Origin: Chiloscyllium plagiosum
Lineage: Eukaryota
Direction of reading: 5' to 3'
NCBI RefSeq assembly: GCF_004010195.1
Contig: NC_057719.1
Span: 504,389 to 561,401 of the forward strand
DNA length: 57,013 bases
Position numbers and translations under genes: made by a program. This document shows positions 13,201 through 25,200 of the stretch, one piece after another; position 1 is the first letter of the stretch; each line of letters starts with the position of its first letter. Under the pieces are notes generated by a model. It was not told the origin of the DNA, made no database searches, and worked only from the letters and a program-made list of their open reading frames with translations.

Positions 13201-16200
13201 CTCCAAGTGGACTCAGTGTCTGCACTTTCCCAGAATGAAGCTCTGTCCCTGATTGCGAAATCTTCTCTAATTCAAGGACGTTCAGTTCTTTCTCCATCAC
13301 ACACTCTCTTCCAGACTGAGCAGAATCTTCTACTGTCAGGTCAGCATTGGTTCCTTCTTCACTGACAGAGTCTGGGAATAACTGCCCAGAATCCTCTCCT
13401 GGGAGGTCACACACTTTAATGTCTCCACTGAGGGCCAGTTCTGACAACTGACCAGAACCTGCCATTGTTGGATGGTCACATCTGTCTGTTCTAACTGGAG
13501 ATGATGTTGATAATTGGGTGGGATCTTGTCTTGGCTGATTTCCAGTCAGCTCCCTTTCACTCACAGACACTGTTGGTGATTTCTGAGTGCCCTCCACAGG
13601 TAGGCCATAAGCCTGGTTCACCCCACTGGAATACTTTTTTGGAAGTTGATCTGTACTTTCTGTTTCTGCAGTGATTGTCTGCTCTTGGTCAAACACAAAG
13701 TCTGGGTTATCATGAGTAGGTAATTCTCCCATTAGGGTTTGGCTTCCGTTACTCTGAGATACTTCGACTAACTGAGGAAAGGCCTGCGTGAGTAGGCCAT
13801 AACTGTGGTCTTGTTCACTCAGGGACTGCACAATGTTCTTTGCTACAGCCGTGTAGGTCTGGGTTTGTTCACTGATGGGTAATCGGTCAGTATCATCGCT
13901 CGGGAGGCCATATGCCTCATCTTGAACAGCCATTGCTCCTATGTTGGGAGGAGTAGATACCTTTCCCCAATGGCCTCCTGTCAGTTCATGCTCCCCCTGT
14001 TTCGATCCTTCCCAGTTCACCGAATCTTTCATTCTGCAGGGATCAGTCTGATCTGCTCTAATCAGAATCTCCTCTACCGACAGAGTAAGATCATCACCCC
14101 ATTTTCCACGGGTCATACTTTCTTGGATCTCCTCATGTTGGCCCTCAGATGATCTCACCAAACATACAGTATTCTGAGCTACTGCATTCTCAGTTTGTTT
14201 CTCCACAGACAGTAGCTCTGTCACTGCACCAGGAGAGGCATCACTCACTAGGCCATCAGCCTTATCTCTCTCACTCAGATCCTTGCCTGACACTCCTGCT
14301 GAATCCTCCATGACTGTAGCATCACCCTGGAGTTGTCCACTCGGACTCATTGTCATCAAAGGAACAGAAGATCCTGTGCTTGTCCTATCGCCATGTTCTC
14401 TCTCCCTCAGATGTTCTGTAGAGACCACTCCAAGTGGACTCAGTGTCTGCACTTTCCCAGAATGAAGCTCTGTCCCTGATTGCGAAATCTTCTCTGATTC
14501 AAGGAGGTTCAGCTCTTTCTCCATCACACACTTTCTTCCAGACTGAGCAGCATCCTCTGCTGTCAGGTCAGCATTGGTTCCTTCTTCACAGACAGAGTCT
14601 GGGAGTAACTGCCCAGAATCCTCTCCTGGGAGGTCACAAACTTCAATGTCTCCACTGAGGGCCAGTTCTGACAACTGACCAGAACCTGCCATTGTTGGAT
14701 GGTCACATCTGTCTGTTCTAACTGGAGATGATGTTGATAATTGTGTGGGACCTCGTCTTGATTGATTTCCGGTCAACTCCCTTTCACTCACAGACACTGG
14801 TGATTTCTGACTGCCGTCCTCAAGTAGGCCGTAACCCTGGTCTATTCCACTGGAATACTCTTTTGGAAGTTGAACTGTACTTTCTGTTGCTGCAGTGATT
14901 GTCTGCTCTTGGTCAAACACAAATTCTGGGTTGTCATGACTGGGTAACTCTCTCATTAGGGTTTGGTTTCCTTCAATATGATACTCTCCTGTCTGCTCTT
15001 GACCCCTCTGGATCGCTCCATTGAGGTTTACTGAACTTTTCATTGCGCAGGGATCTGTCTGATCTGCTCCAATCAGCGATTCTTTGTCACACGACGTGAG
15101 GCTTTCACCCTGTTTTCTACCAAATAAACTCTCTTGAGTGTCACTCACATCTGATTGGTCCTGAACTGCTACTGGCCATTCCACAGTGGCCTGTACTGTT
15201 GGTTTGTCAAGTTGTTCCTCTTCACTCAGAGACACTTCCACACTCGCAGGAATATCTTCACCCTGATCTCTTCCTGTCAAACTGAGCTGTTCAGTGAGAA
15301 ACCCTTTGCTGAACTCAGCAATTGCCTTTGTTCCTCGATGCGCAGCCTGCTGTTTCTTACTGAGAGCCATGACTGTCACTTGAGCAGGTTTCTCTGTTCG
15401 AGCTGTGTCCAAGGCTTTCTGCCCTGTCTTCTCTTTCTGTGACTGAACCAAGCAGTCACGTGTTTGGAGGCAACCCTGATGCTGCTTACTGGGAAATGCT
15501 GACGCTAACAGTGCTGACCCACCTCTGTGTGTGGTCTCCCCTTGGCCTTGCCCACTCAGTGAATCTTCCCCCAAGTGAGTGATGTCCACGTTTGGGAACA
15601 TTTCCATCTCACATTTTCCCATCGGGAGATATTTGGCCAGTTGGCCAGAATCGTCGGCAAGACCTTGACTTCTGGAAGAAATTGCCATTAAGTCAGTGTG
15701 ACTGCCCATTGCCTGGGCAGGGCCCTGATCCTCACCACTCGAAGACTGCATTTGCAATTGAGTAAAGTTCAAACCAGGAGCCTCAGTGTCCCCTCTCTGG
15801 GACATGGAGTAATGCTGACCAGTACGTTCTCCTTTCACAGTAGCAGGAGGCTCTCCATCCGTCAGACAGTGTGTCACTGATTGCTGACAGTCCCCTCTTT
15901 GTAACCAGTCACCCTGGAGTTTCCTACTCTGAGTCTCTTGGACAGATTGAGTTTGGCCTTCTCTGCCCAGGTCATCAATTCTAGTCCACTCTGTCCATGG
16001 TCCAGGGATTTCACTTGCTTCATTATCGCCCAGAATGTTTCTGTTGAGTTCTGCCGCTCCAAGTTGTGTGGAGGCCTGGCCTACTTTGGTCACAGGTTGG
16101 GCTGAATTCTCACCCCCTGGATCGTCAGCCTGTTCTGTTCGTCTTTTTGCCCATCCAGATGGTGCCTTCCTTGTTGCATCCTCAGTCAGATCCATTTCCC

Positions 16201-19200
16201 TTTGACACTCACTCTTCAATTCCCTGTTAAATTTACAATGCACTTGTCAGTCTGAGAACATGCATCTGCAAATTCTTGCAAAACCCCAGTAGGAGAAGAT
16301 ACAGTGAGGAAACGTGGTTTGGAAGGTTCTTTGGTGTTAACACCTTTTACACCAAAGAACTTTTCAAACCACGTTGCTGGGTGATTATAAAAACACATTT
16401 TGAATCAAGCCACAGCAAGAGATAATAGGTGAGGTGACCAAAAGCTTTGCCAGTGAGGTGGATTTTTATGCAGTGTTTTAAACAAGGACATTGAGGTAGA
16501 GATAGGGAGATGAGAGAGGGGACACTGAGATTGGAGTCCAGGCAGCTGAAGGTACAGCCAGCAATGCTGCAGCGATAGGAATCAAGAACAAACAGGAAGC
16601 TGGAATTATAGGAGCAGAGAGATCTCAGAGGGTAGAGGCAATTACAGAGATAGGGGGAGGGGGGAAAGGCCATGAAAGAATGTAAGAATAAGGAAGAACA
16701 TTTTAAAGCAGAGGTATCAGAGCCACAGAAGGTCAGCAAGCACATGATTAATATTATGAAGAGAACTTGTTTCAGATGAGCTCAGGTTTACAGAGAGTGG
16801 AAAGTGGTAGAGCATCCAGTGGAACACTGGAATAGCTGCATCAGGAGGGAACTGAGACATGGATGAGGGTTTCAGCTGTGGGTTGAGCTGAGGCAGGAGC
16901 ACTGAGGGTCAATGTTGTGGAGGTGGAAATGGTTAATCCTGCTCTCGGAGGAGAGATGTTGCATAGCCACTTCCAATGTAACATCAGTCAGTACCTCCTG
17001 GGAAAAATCCCCTCCTCCCATCAGGGGCTGATGAATATTAATGCAACCAACTAACCCCTTCCTCCCCACACCGATCCAATTGTGAGTGATCCTGCCAAAG
17101 AACTGGAACACCCTACAGCAGTGTGGGGAAAGGGACCAGTTCAGATTTCTCCATGTTGTTGAGAAATGGAGCTCATTCTGCAGCTAAGACTGTGGCCAGG
17201 ATTTAAGGCCAACACCATCCTTGCCTGATACAAACTCTCTGCACTGCTTCCCTTCGTTCCCTTCCTTCTCTCTTCTCTCACCCAATGGTGCTTGAGGCAA
17301 ACAAAGCATATGCTTATCGCTGGATTTTCCTGGAATAGACCCCGAGCCTATGGCCAACCTTTCTTTAAACGAAGACATTAATCTGCTTCTGCATGTTTCA
17401 TCAATTTAATCAGTAGGTTAGCAAAACAGTAGGACTCAAAACCTGGGGGAATTTGGAATTCACTTTTAAATGATTGTAAGAAAAAGTGAAGTCTCAGCAA
17501 AAGTGACCACGATGCTGTTGGATTATTGGAAGACACCCAGCGCCCTTACATGTCTACATGTGACTCCTGCTCTCACAACAATAAAATACTTAATTAAAAT
17601 ATTCCATTTCTATCAAATCCCCATGAATGGTCATGATTCATGAAGAACCCTCAGTGGAGGTGATTTTAGCATCAGTGCTGACCCTGTCTGTGGTGAGCTG
17701 ACTGGGTCCTGGAACCAGGAAAAACACTTGATGAGCTGTTGCTCCAGGTCAGTCTTACGATCCTCACAGGACTGCAGGGTGGCCTTTATTTCAGCATCAA
17801 CATTGCCATCACAGAGCTCCCTCATCGCTGCCAGGTGTTGTTGGGCTCGGGTCAAACTGCTGCCTTTGGAAAAGAACATCTAGGAAAAAACAGAAGAATC
17901 TTTGGGATAAAGAGCTACATTTCAACTCTCACAAGAGCTCAGCATCAGACCAGGAAGAGATGCAGGTATTTTTATTTATTTACAGAATATGGCCATCACT
18001 TTGGTCAACATTTATTGTCCATCTCCAATTGTCCTTGAACTGAATGCCTAACTAGGAACACTTCAGATGACTATTATGAGTCAAGCCACATTATCATGAT
18101 CTCAAGTCATCTGTAGGCCAGACTTGGTAAGGACAGTAGATTTCTTTTCCCTCCAGGACATGAGTGAACCAGATGAGTTTTTAGGACAATCCACAGTGGC
18201 CATCATTATACTGGATTTGTCGTCATTATGACCACATGGTCATCATTATACCCAATCTTAATTCCAGACGTGTATTGAATTTCAATGCTGCCTTTGACCA
18301 TGGTGGGATTACTATTCCCATCTCTAAATTATTTGCCTGAGATGCATTAGCCCAGTAACATTTCGAAAACTCCACCAAACAGATTGCTATCAAAGAGCGA
18401 CTCAGTCCCCAGGTGGGGATGGAATTACCTGGTGCCCATCAAGAAGGGACTGCACATGAGAGCTGTCCATTCCCTGATGGACCTCACACTCCTGAAGAGC
18501 CGCGTTGAATTTATTCTGCTCCACCTCAAACTTCATCCGATGAAGATGCGCATCCACCAATGATTGCACCTTCTGAAAACCAAACCAAAACCTGCCTCAA
18601 TATCACTCTTACCAGAAACAGGCCAATCGATGAACCTCCTCACTCACACCTTCTTCAATGAACTGCATCAACATAGCTTTCTCTCCCTTTCTCCCACAGG
18701 GACTTAGCCAACTCCTCCTTAAACACATCTTTGCTGTTCATTGTAACCATTCCCAGTGGTAACTAGCTCCACATTCTCCCAATTCTCAGGATAAAGGCAT
18801 GTCTCATGAATTCGCAGCTGAATTCACTGGAATTGCCTTACACTGCTGGACCCCAGTTTTGTCTCCCTTCCCAATGAGAACACTTCCTATGCATCTACCT
18901 CATTGAACCTTCGCACAATTTTTAAATCCTCCTCAGCATTCTCTTTTCTTGAGAGAAGAGCCCCGGCCTGCTGAGGCTCTCCTCATAATTATATTAGGAT
19001 GGGTTTCATTTTTTAAAATCTTGGTTTGCAAAGTCTCCAATGCGTCTGTATCTTTTTATAACATGGAATATGGAACTGTGCACAGTGCCCAAAGGAAGGC
19101 CCATAAACAAGATCCTCGTTTTTATTCTCCCTCTCTTGATCTTCCATTAAAGTTTTGCAAATATTTTGCCTTCAAGCTGCATCCTCGCCATCACAATCTT

Positions 19201-22200
19201 TGTGTGCGAGTGTAGGTTACGAGGCCCTCCTTTGAAGCTTTAGCTGTGGCTTAATGGGTCACTATCTTGATTCCAGATTGGATGTTTGCAAGTTCAACTC
19301 CCTCTCCACAAACCTGACCAGGGATTGGAGGCTGATACTCCTGTTGCAGGACTGAAGGAGTGCTGCACTGCTGAAGGTGTGAGCTGTCTCACGATAGATG
19401 TTAAACTCAAAACCTTTCAGGGCTCTCTTCTGAAGACGAGACAATATTCAACCTTAACCAAGTGAAAACAGAACATCTGCTCATTATCATATGGCCCTTT
19501 GTGGAATTCTATTTAGCAATCACATTTCCTACATTTGAACTCCAAAAAATATTTCACTGGCTGTCACATGCTTTGAGGAGAAAGTGAGGACTGCAGATGC
19601 TGGAGATCAGAACTGAAAATGTGTTGCTGGAAAAGCGCAGCAGGTCAGGCAGCATCCAGGGAACAGGAGAATCGACGTTTCAGGACTAAGCCCTTCTTCA
19701 GGATTCCTGAAGAAGGGCTTATGCCCGAAACGTCGATTCTCCTGTTCCCTGGATGCTGCCTGACCTGCTGCGCTTTTCCAGCAACACATTTTCAGCTCTG
19801 TCACATGCTTTGGACATGCTGAGGTTATCCAAGGTGCCATAACAATGCAAGTTATTTCTGTCCAGTGCATAATCATTTGGCTCTATGTTCGAGGTGATTG
19901 GTGGTAAAGGCATGAACCTGAATTGCTGAGCCGCGCTATTCGGCCCACACAGGGTCCGACATCGGCACACCGGCCGCAATTGTCTCACCTCCCAGTTTCG
20001 GCAGAGCTCTGCCCGCATTTCCTCAACAATCTGCTTCTTCTGAGGGGTTAACATCATTTTGATTTTATCTGTTGCTTCAAGAAAATGTTCAATGATTCCA
20101 GAATCAAAGCTCCTGATTGTTTCCTGTGAGGAACACAATATTAATCAGTCTCCGTTTACTGCCATTACATTGCCATAGCTTTTCAAGGGAGAAAGTTCTA
20201 GATTGTCACTGCCCTTCCTGTGAAGAAATGCTTCCTGATGTCGCCCCTAAACAGCCTGTCTCCATATTGACGGTTCAGTATCCTTGCTCCAGACTCCCTC
20301 TCACCCGAGGCAATACCTTCTCTTGGTCAGCCCAGTCAACTCCTTCAATTGTAGAGTCTATAGAAACATCTTTTGGCCTGAAATTATTCAATCAGACTGC
20401 CTCTTAATCTTCTATATGTGAGGAAATTCAATAAATTCAATAAAAGCTCCCTATTTAAACCCCTTAGTTCCAGAATTTCTAGCACCAATATTTCTCCTCT
20501 GTGGTTGTATGGAGTCGGAACAGAAGGTGCCCAACCTGTGACCCAGCCCATGGCCAATGGAGACCTGCAGGTGAGTGGCTACCTGGTGCTTCACAATGAG
20601 TTCCTCTGGGGACCCTCTGTCCTCGAGAAACTGCATGGCCCCTCCAATGCAGGCTTCTATCCTTCTCTTCGATTCTTCAAAGTCCCGTTTGACATCAACT
20701 TCTGACACTGTGCGCTCACCCACCTGGGCTGGCTCGGCACACGGCACGTCACTGCCCACCTAGGCCAGAGAGACGGAGGGTTAGGCACTGTTTCTCTCAT
20801 TAACACACACACACACACACACAGACACACATACACACACACACACACACACACAGACACACACACACACACACAGACACACAGACACACAATTCATGGA
20901 ACTACAGTTTCAGAGGAATATTCGTGTCATAAAACAAAGGTCAAGAGGACGTTTTATCAAAGTGATCTGAATAATCAGAGGCCATGATTAAGTAAATGTG
21001 GAGAAACACTTCCCAGTGGCAAATGATGGGTAACTCTTGAATATGTTCAAGAAAGAGATTGTTGGTTTTTCGATTTTTAAGGCATCAAGGATACAGAGAG
21101 AAAGCAGGAAGATGGCATTGGGATAGAATATCAGCCATGAATGGCCTACTCTTGCTCATTATTCTGATGTAGCCAGAAGGCACAGATTTAAAGTGACTGG
21201 CCAAAGAACTAGGGGTGAGATGGAATAAAAACCGTGAGTTCTTATGAATTGGAACATACAGGTGGTGGGAGCAGGTTAAATATGAGCTTTCAAATAGGAG
21301 TTTAATTTGTAAGTAAAGAGGAATTGCAATTAGAACATAAGAACTAGGAGCAGGAGTAGGCCGTCTCGTCCTTCGTGCCTGCTCTGCCACCTCAGTAAGA
21401 TCATGGCTGGTCTTTTCGTGGACTCAGATCCATTTATCCACGCTCTTACCATATCTCTTAACTTCTGTAATGTTCTAAAAATATGTTCCTTAGCTTTAAA
21501 AATGTTCACTGAAGTAGGGGCAACTATTTCGCTGGGCAGGGAATTCCACAGAATCACAACCCTCTGGGTGATGAAGTTCCCCCTCAATTCAGTCCTAAAC
21601 CTGCTCCCCCTAACTTTGAGGCTGTGCCCTCTTGTCTTAGTTTCACTCTCCAGTGGAAACATCCTCTCCACTTCTACCTTATCTGTTCCCTTCATAATTT
21701 TATATGTTTGTATAAGATTCCCCCTCATTCTTCTGAATTCCAATGAATATAATCCCAGTCTACGCAGCCTCTCCTCATACGGCAACCCCCTCAACTTCCA
21801 GAACCAACCCAGTGAACCCCCTCTGCACCCCCTCCCGGGCCAGTACATCCTTTCTCAAGTAAGGAGACCAAAACTGCACACAGTACTCCAGGTGTGGCCT
21901 CACCAGCACCCTTAGGGCTGCAACATAACCTCCCTGCTTTTAAACTCCATCCCTTTAGTAATGAAGGACAAAATTCTATTTTCCTTTTCTAATTACTTGT
22001 TGTACCTGCAAACCAACCTTCTGTGATTCATGTACAAAGACACCCAGGTCCCTTTGCACAGCAGCATGTAATTCTAAGGGGAAAGAGAAGTAGGTGAGTG
22101 GAATGACACCTCTTTCAGTATGATCGACTAAACCTCCTCATGAATCAGATTTAAAAGCTATTTGCTTCCCCATCGTCAAACTGGAATGTGCTGCCTGAGA

Positions 22201-25200
22201 GACGCACTCCCTCATGAATGCTGGAGACACTCAGACTGAAGACCAGCCAGAGAGAGTGTCACTGCGAGGCCAGGCCTCTGGATTACTGATGATGAAGCCT
22301 CTGGATTCCCGGCAAAACCTCTGAATTCCCTGTCCAGGACCTGGTGGCATCCTCAGTGCTTGGGAGCCTCCTGTGAAGTGCTTCTGTGGTGTTTCCTCCG
22401 GCATTTATAGTGGCCTGTCCCTGCCGCTTCCGGTTGTCAGTTTCAGCTGTCCGCTGTAGTGGCCGGTATATTGGGTCCAGGTCGATGTGTTTGTTGATGG
22501 AGTTTGTGGATGAGTGCAATGCTTCTAGGAATTCCCTGGCTGTTCTTTGTTTGGCTTGCCCTATAATGGTAGTGTTGTCCCAGTCGAATTCATGTTGCTT
22601 GTCGTCTGCGTGTGTGGCTACTAAGGATAGCTGGTCGTGTCGTTTCGTGGCTAGTTGATGTTCATGGATACGGATTGTTTGCTGTCTTCCTGTTTGTCCT
22701 ATATAGCGTTTTGTGCAGTCCTTGCATGGGATTTTGTACACTACATTAGTTTTGCTCATGAACAACTCACCAGAACGAAGGACCTGATACCCAGCATGAG
22801 CAAAACAAATATAGTGTACAAAATCCCATGCAAGGACTGCACAAAACACTACATAGGACAAACAGGAAGACAGCTAATGATCCGTATCCATGAACATCAA
22901 CTAGCCACGAAACGCCACGACCAGCTATCCTTAGTAGCCACACACGCAGACGACAAGCAACATGAATTCGACTGGGACAACACTACCATTATAGGGCAAG
23001 CCAAACAAAGAACAGCCAGGGAATTCTGAGAAGCATGGCACTCATCCACAAACTCCATCAACAAACACATCCACCTGGACCCAATATACCGGCCACTACA
23101 GCGGACAGCTGAAACTGACAACCGGAAGCGGCAGGGACAGGCCACTATAAATGCCGGAGGAAACACCACAGAAGTGGTTCACAGGAGGCTCCCAAGCACT
23201 GAGAGTGTCACTGCGAGGCCAGGCCTCTGGATTACTGATGATCAAGCCTCTGGATTCCCAGCAAAACCTCTGAATTCCCTGTCCAGGACCTGGGTTCCTG
23301 GCCCCTGCCTCTGGTGGGGAAATGGTCATCATTATACCTGATTTTAATTCCAGATTTTTGTTGGATTTGAATGTTGCCTTCTGCCAGGGTAGGATTACCA
23401 TCTCTATCCCTAAACTGTTTGGCTGGGATTCATTAGTGCAGGAACATTTCCACGACTCCACCAAACACAGAGCGATTCAGTCCCCAGGTGGGGATGGAAT
23501 TACCTGGTGCCCATCAAGAAGGGACTGCACGTGGGAGCTGTCCATTCCCTGATGGACCTCACACTCCTGAAGAGCTGCGTTGAATTTATTCTGCTCCACC
23601 TCAAACTTCATCCGATGAAGATGCGCATCCACCAATGATTGCACGTTCTGAAAAACAAACCAAAACCTGCCTCAATATCACTCTTACCAGAAACAGGCCA
23701 ATCCATGAACCTTTGAGGAGAAAGTGAGGTCTGCAGATGCTGGAGATCAGAGCTGAAAAATGTGTTACTGGAAAAGCGCAGCAGGTCAGGCAGCATCCAG
23801 GGAACAGGAGAATCGACGTTTCGGGCATAAGCCCTTCTTCAGAAGAAGGGCTTATGCCCGAAACGTCGATTCTCCTGTTCCCTGGATGCTGCCTGACCTG
23901 CTGCGCTTTTCCAGCAACACATTTCCAATCCATGAACTGCCTCACTCACACCTTCTTCAATGAACTGCATCAACATAGCTTTCTCTCCCTTTCTCCCACA
24001 GGGACTTAGCCAACTCCTCCTTAAACACATCTTTGCTGTTCATTGTAACCATTCCCAGTGGTAACTAGCTCCACATTCTTCCAATTCTCAGGATAAAGAC
24101 ATGTCTCATGAATTCGCAGCTGAATTTACTGGGATTGCCTTACACTTCTGGACCCCAGTTTTGTCTTCCCTTCCCAATGAGAACACTTCCTATGCATCTA
24201 CCTCATTGAACCTTCGCACAATTCTTAAATCCTCCTCAGCATTCTCTTTTCTTGAGAGAAGAGCCCCAGCCTGCTGAGGCTCTCCTCATAATTATATTAG
24301 GATGGGTTTCATTTTTTAAAATCTTGGTTTGCAAAGTCTCCAATGCGTCTGTATCTTTTTATAACATGGAATATGGAACTGTGCACAGTGCCCCATGGAT
24401 GGCCTATAAACAAGATCCTCGTTTTTATTCTCCCTCTCTTGATCTTCCATTAAAGTTTTGCAAATATTTTGCCTTCAAGCTGCATCCTCGCCATCACATC
24501 CTTTGTGTGTGAGTGTAGATTACCAGGCCCTCCCTTGAGGCTTTAGCTGTGGCTCAATAGGTCACTCTCTTGATTCTGAATTGAACGTTTGCAGGTTCAA
24601 CTCCCTCTCCACAAACCTGACCGGGAATTCAAGGCTGATGTTCCCGATGCTGTACTGCTGAAGGTGTAAGCTGTCTCACGATAGTTGTTAAACTTAAAAA
24701 CCTTCAGGGCTCTCTTTTGAAGAAGAGGGAATATTCACCCTTTACCAAGTGAAAACAGAACATCTGCTCATAATCACATTGCCCTTTGTGGAATCCTACT
24801 GTGTACAAATTAGCATCACATTTCCTACATTTGAACTTCAAAAAATACTTCATTGGCGTGGCCACTGTTGGAATATTGCGTGCAATTCTGGTCTCCTTCC
24901 TATCGGAAAGATGTTGTGAAGGGTTCAGAAAAGATTTACAAGGATGTTGCCAGGGTTGGAGGATTTGAGCTACAGGGAGAAGCCGAACAGGCTGGGACTG
25001 TTTTCCCTGGAGCGTCGGAGGCTGAGGGGTGACCTCATAGAGATTTACCAAATTATGAATCGCATGGATAGGGTAGATAGACAAAGTCTTTTCCCTGGGG
25101 TCGGGGAGTCCAGAACTAGAGGGCATAGGTTTAGGGTGAGGGGGGAAAGATATAAAAGAGACCTAAGGGGCAATGTTTTCACGCAGAGGGTGGTATGTGT

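Noticed and set aside
8758..15880. Plus-strand ORFs within the giant exon
   Set aside because: Antisense shadows, duplicated only because of the coding repeat
8174..16243. Giant ORF as a stand-alone single-exon gene
   Set aside because: Starts at GTG and has in-phase splice sites linking it to flanking exons; better explained as an internal exon
19607..19876. Recurrent ORFs [21 protein letters not shown] / [15 protein letters not shown]
   Set aside because: Translations of the palindromic repeat
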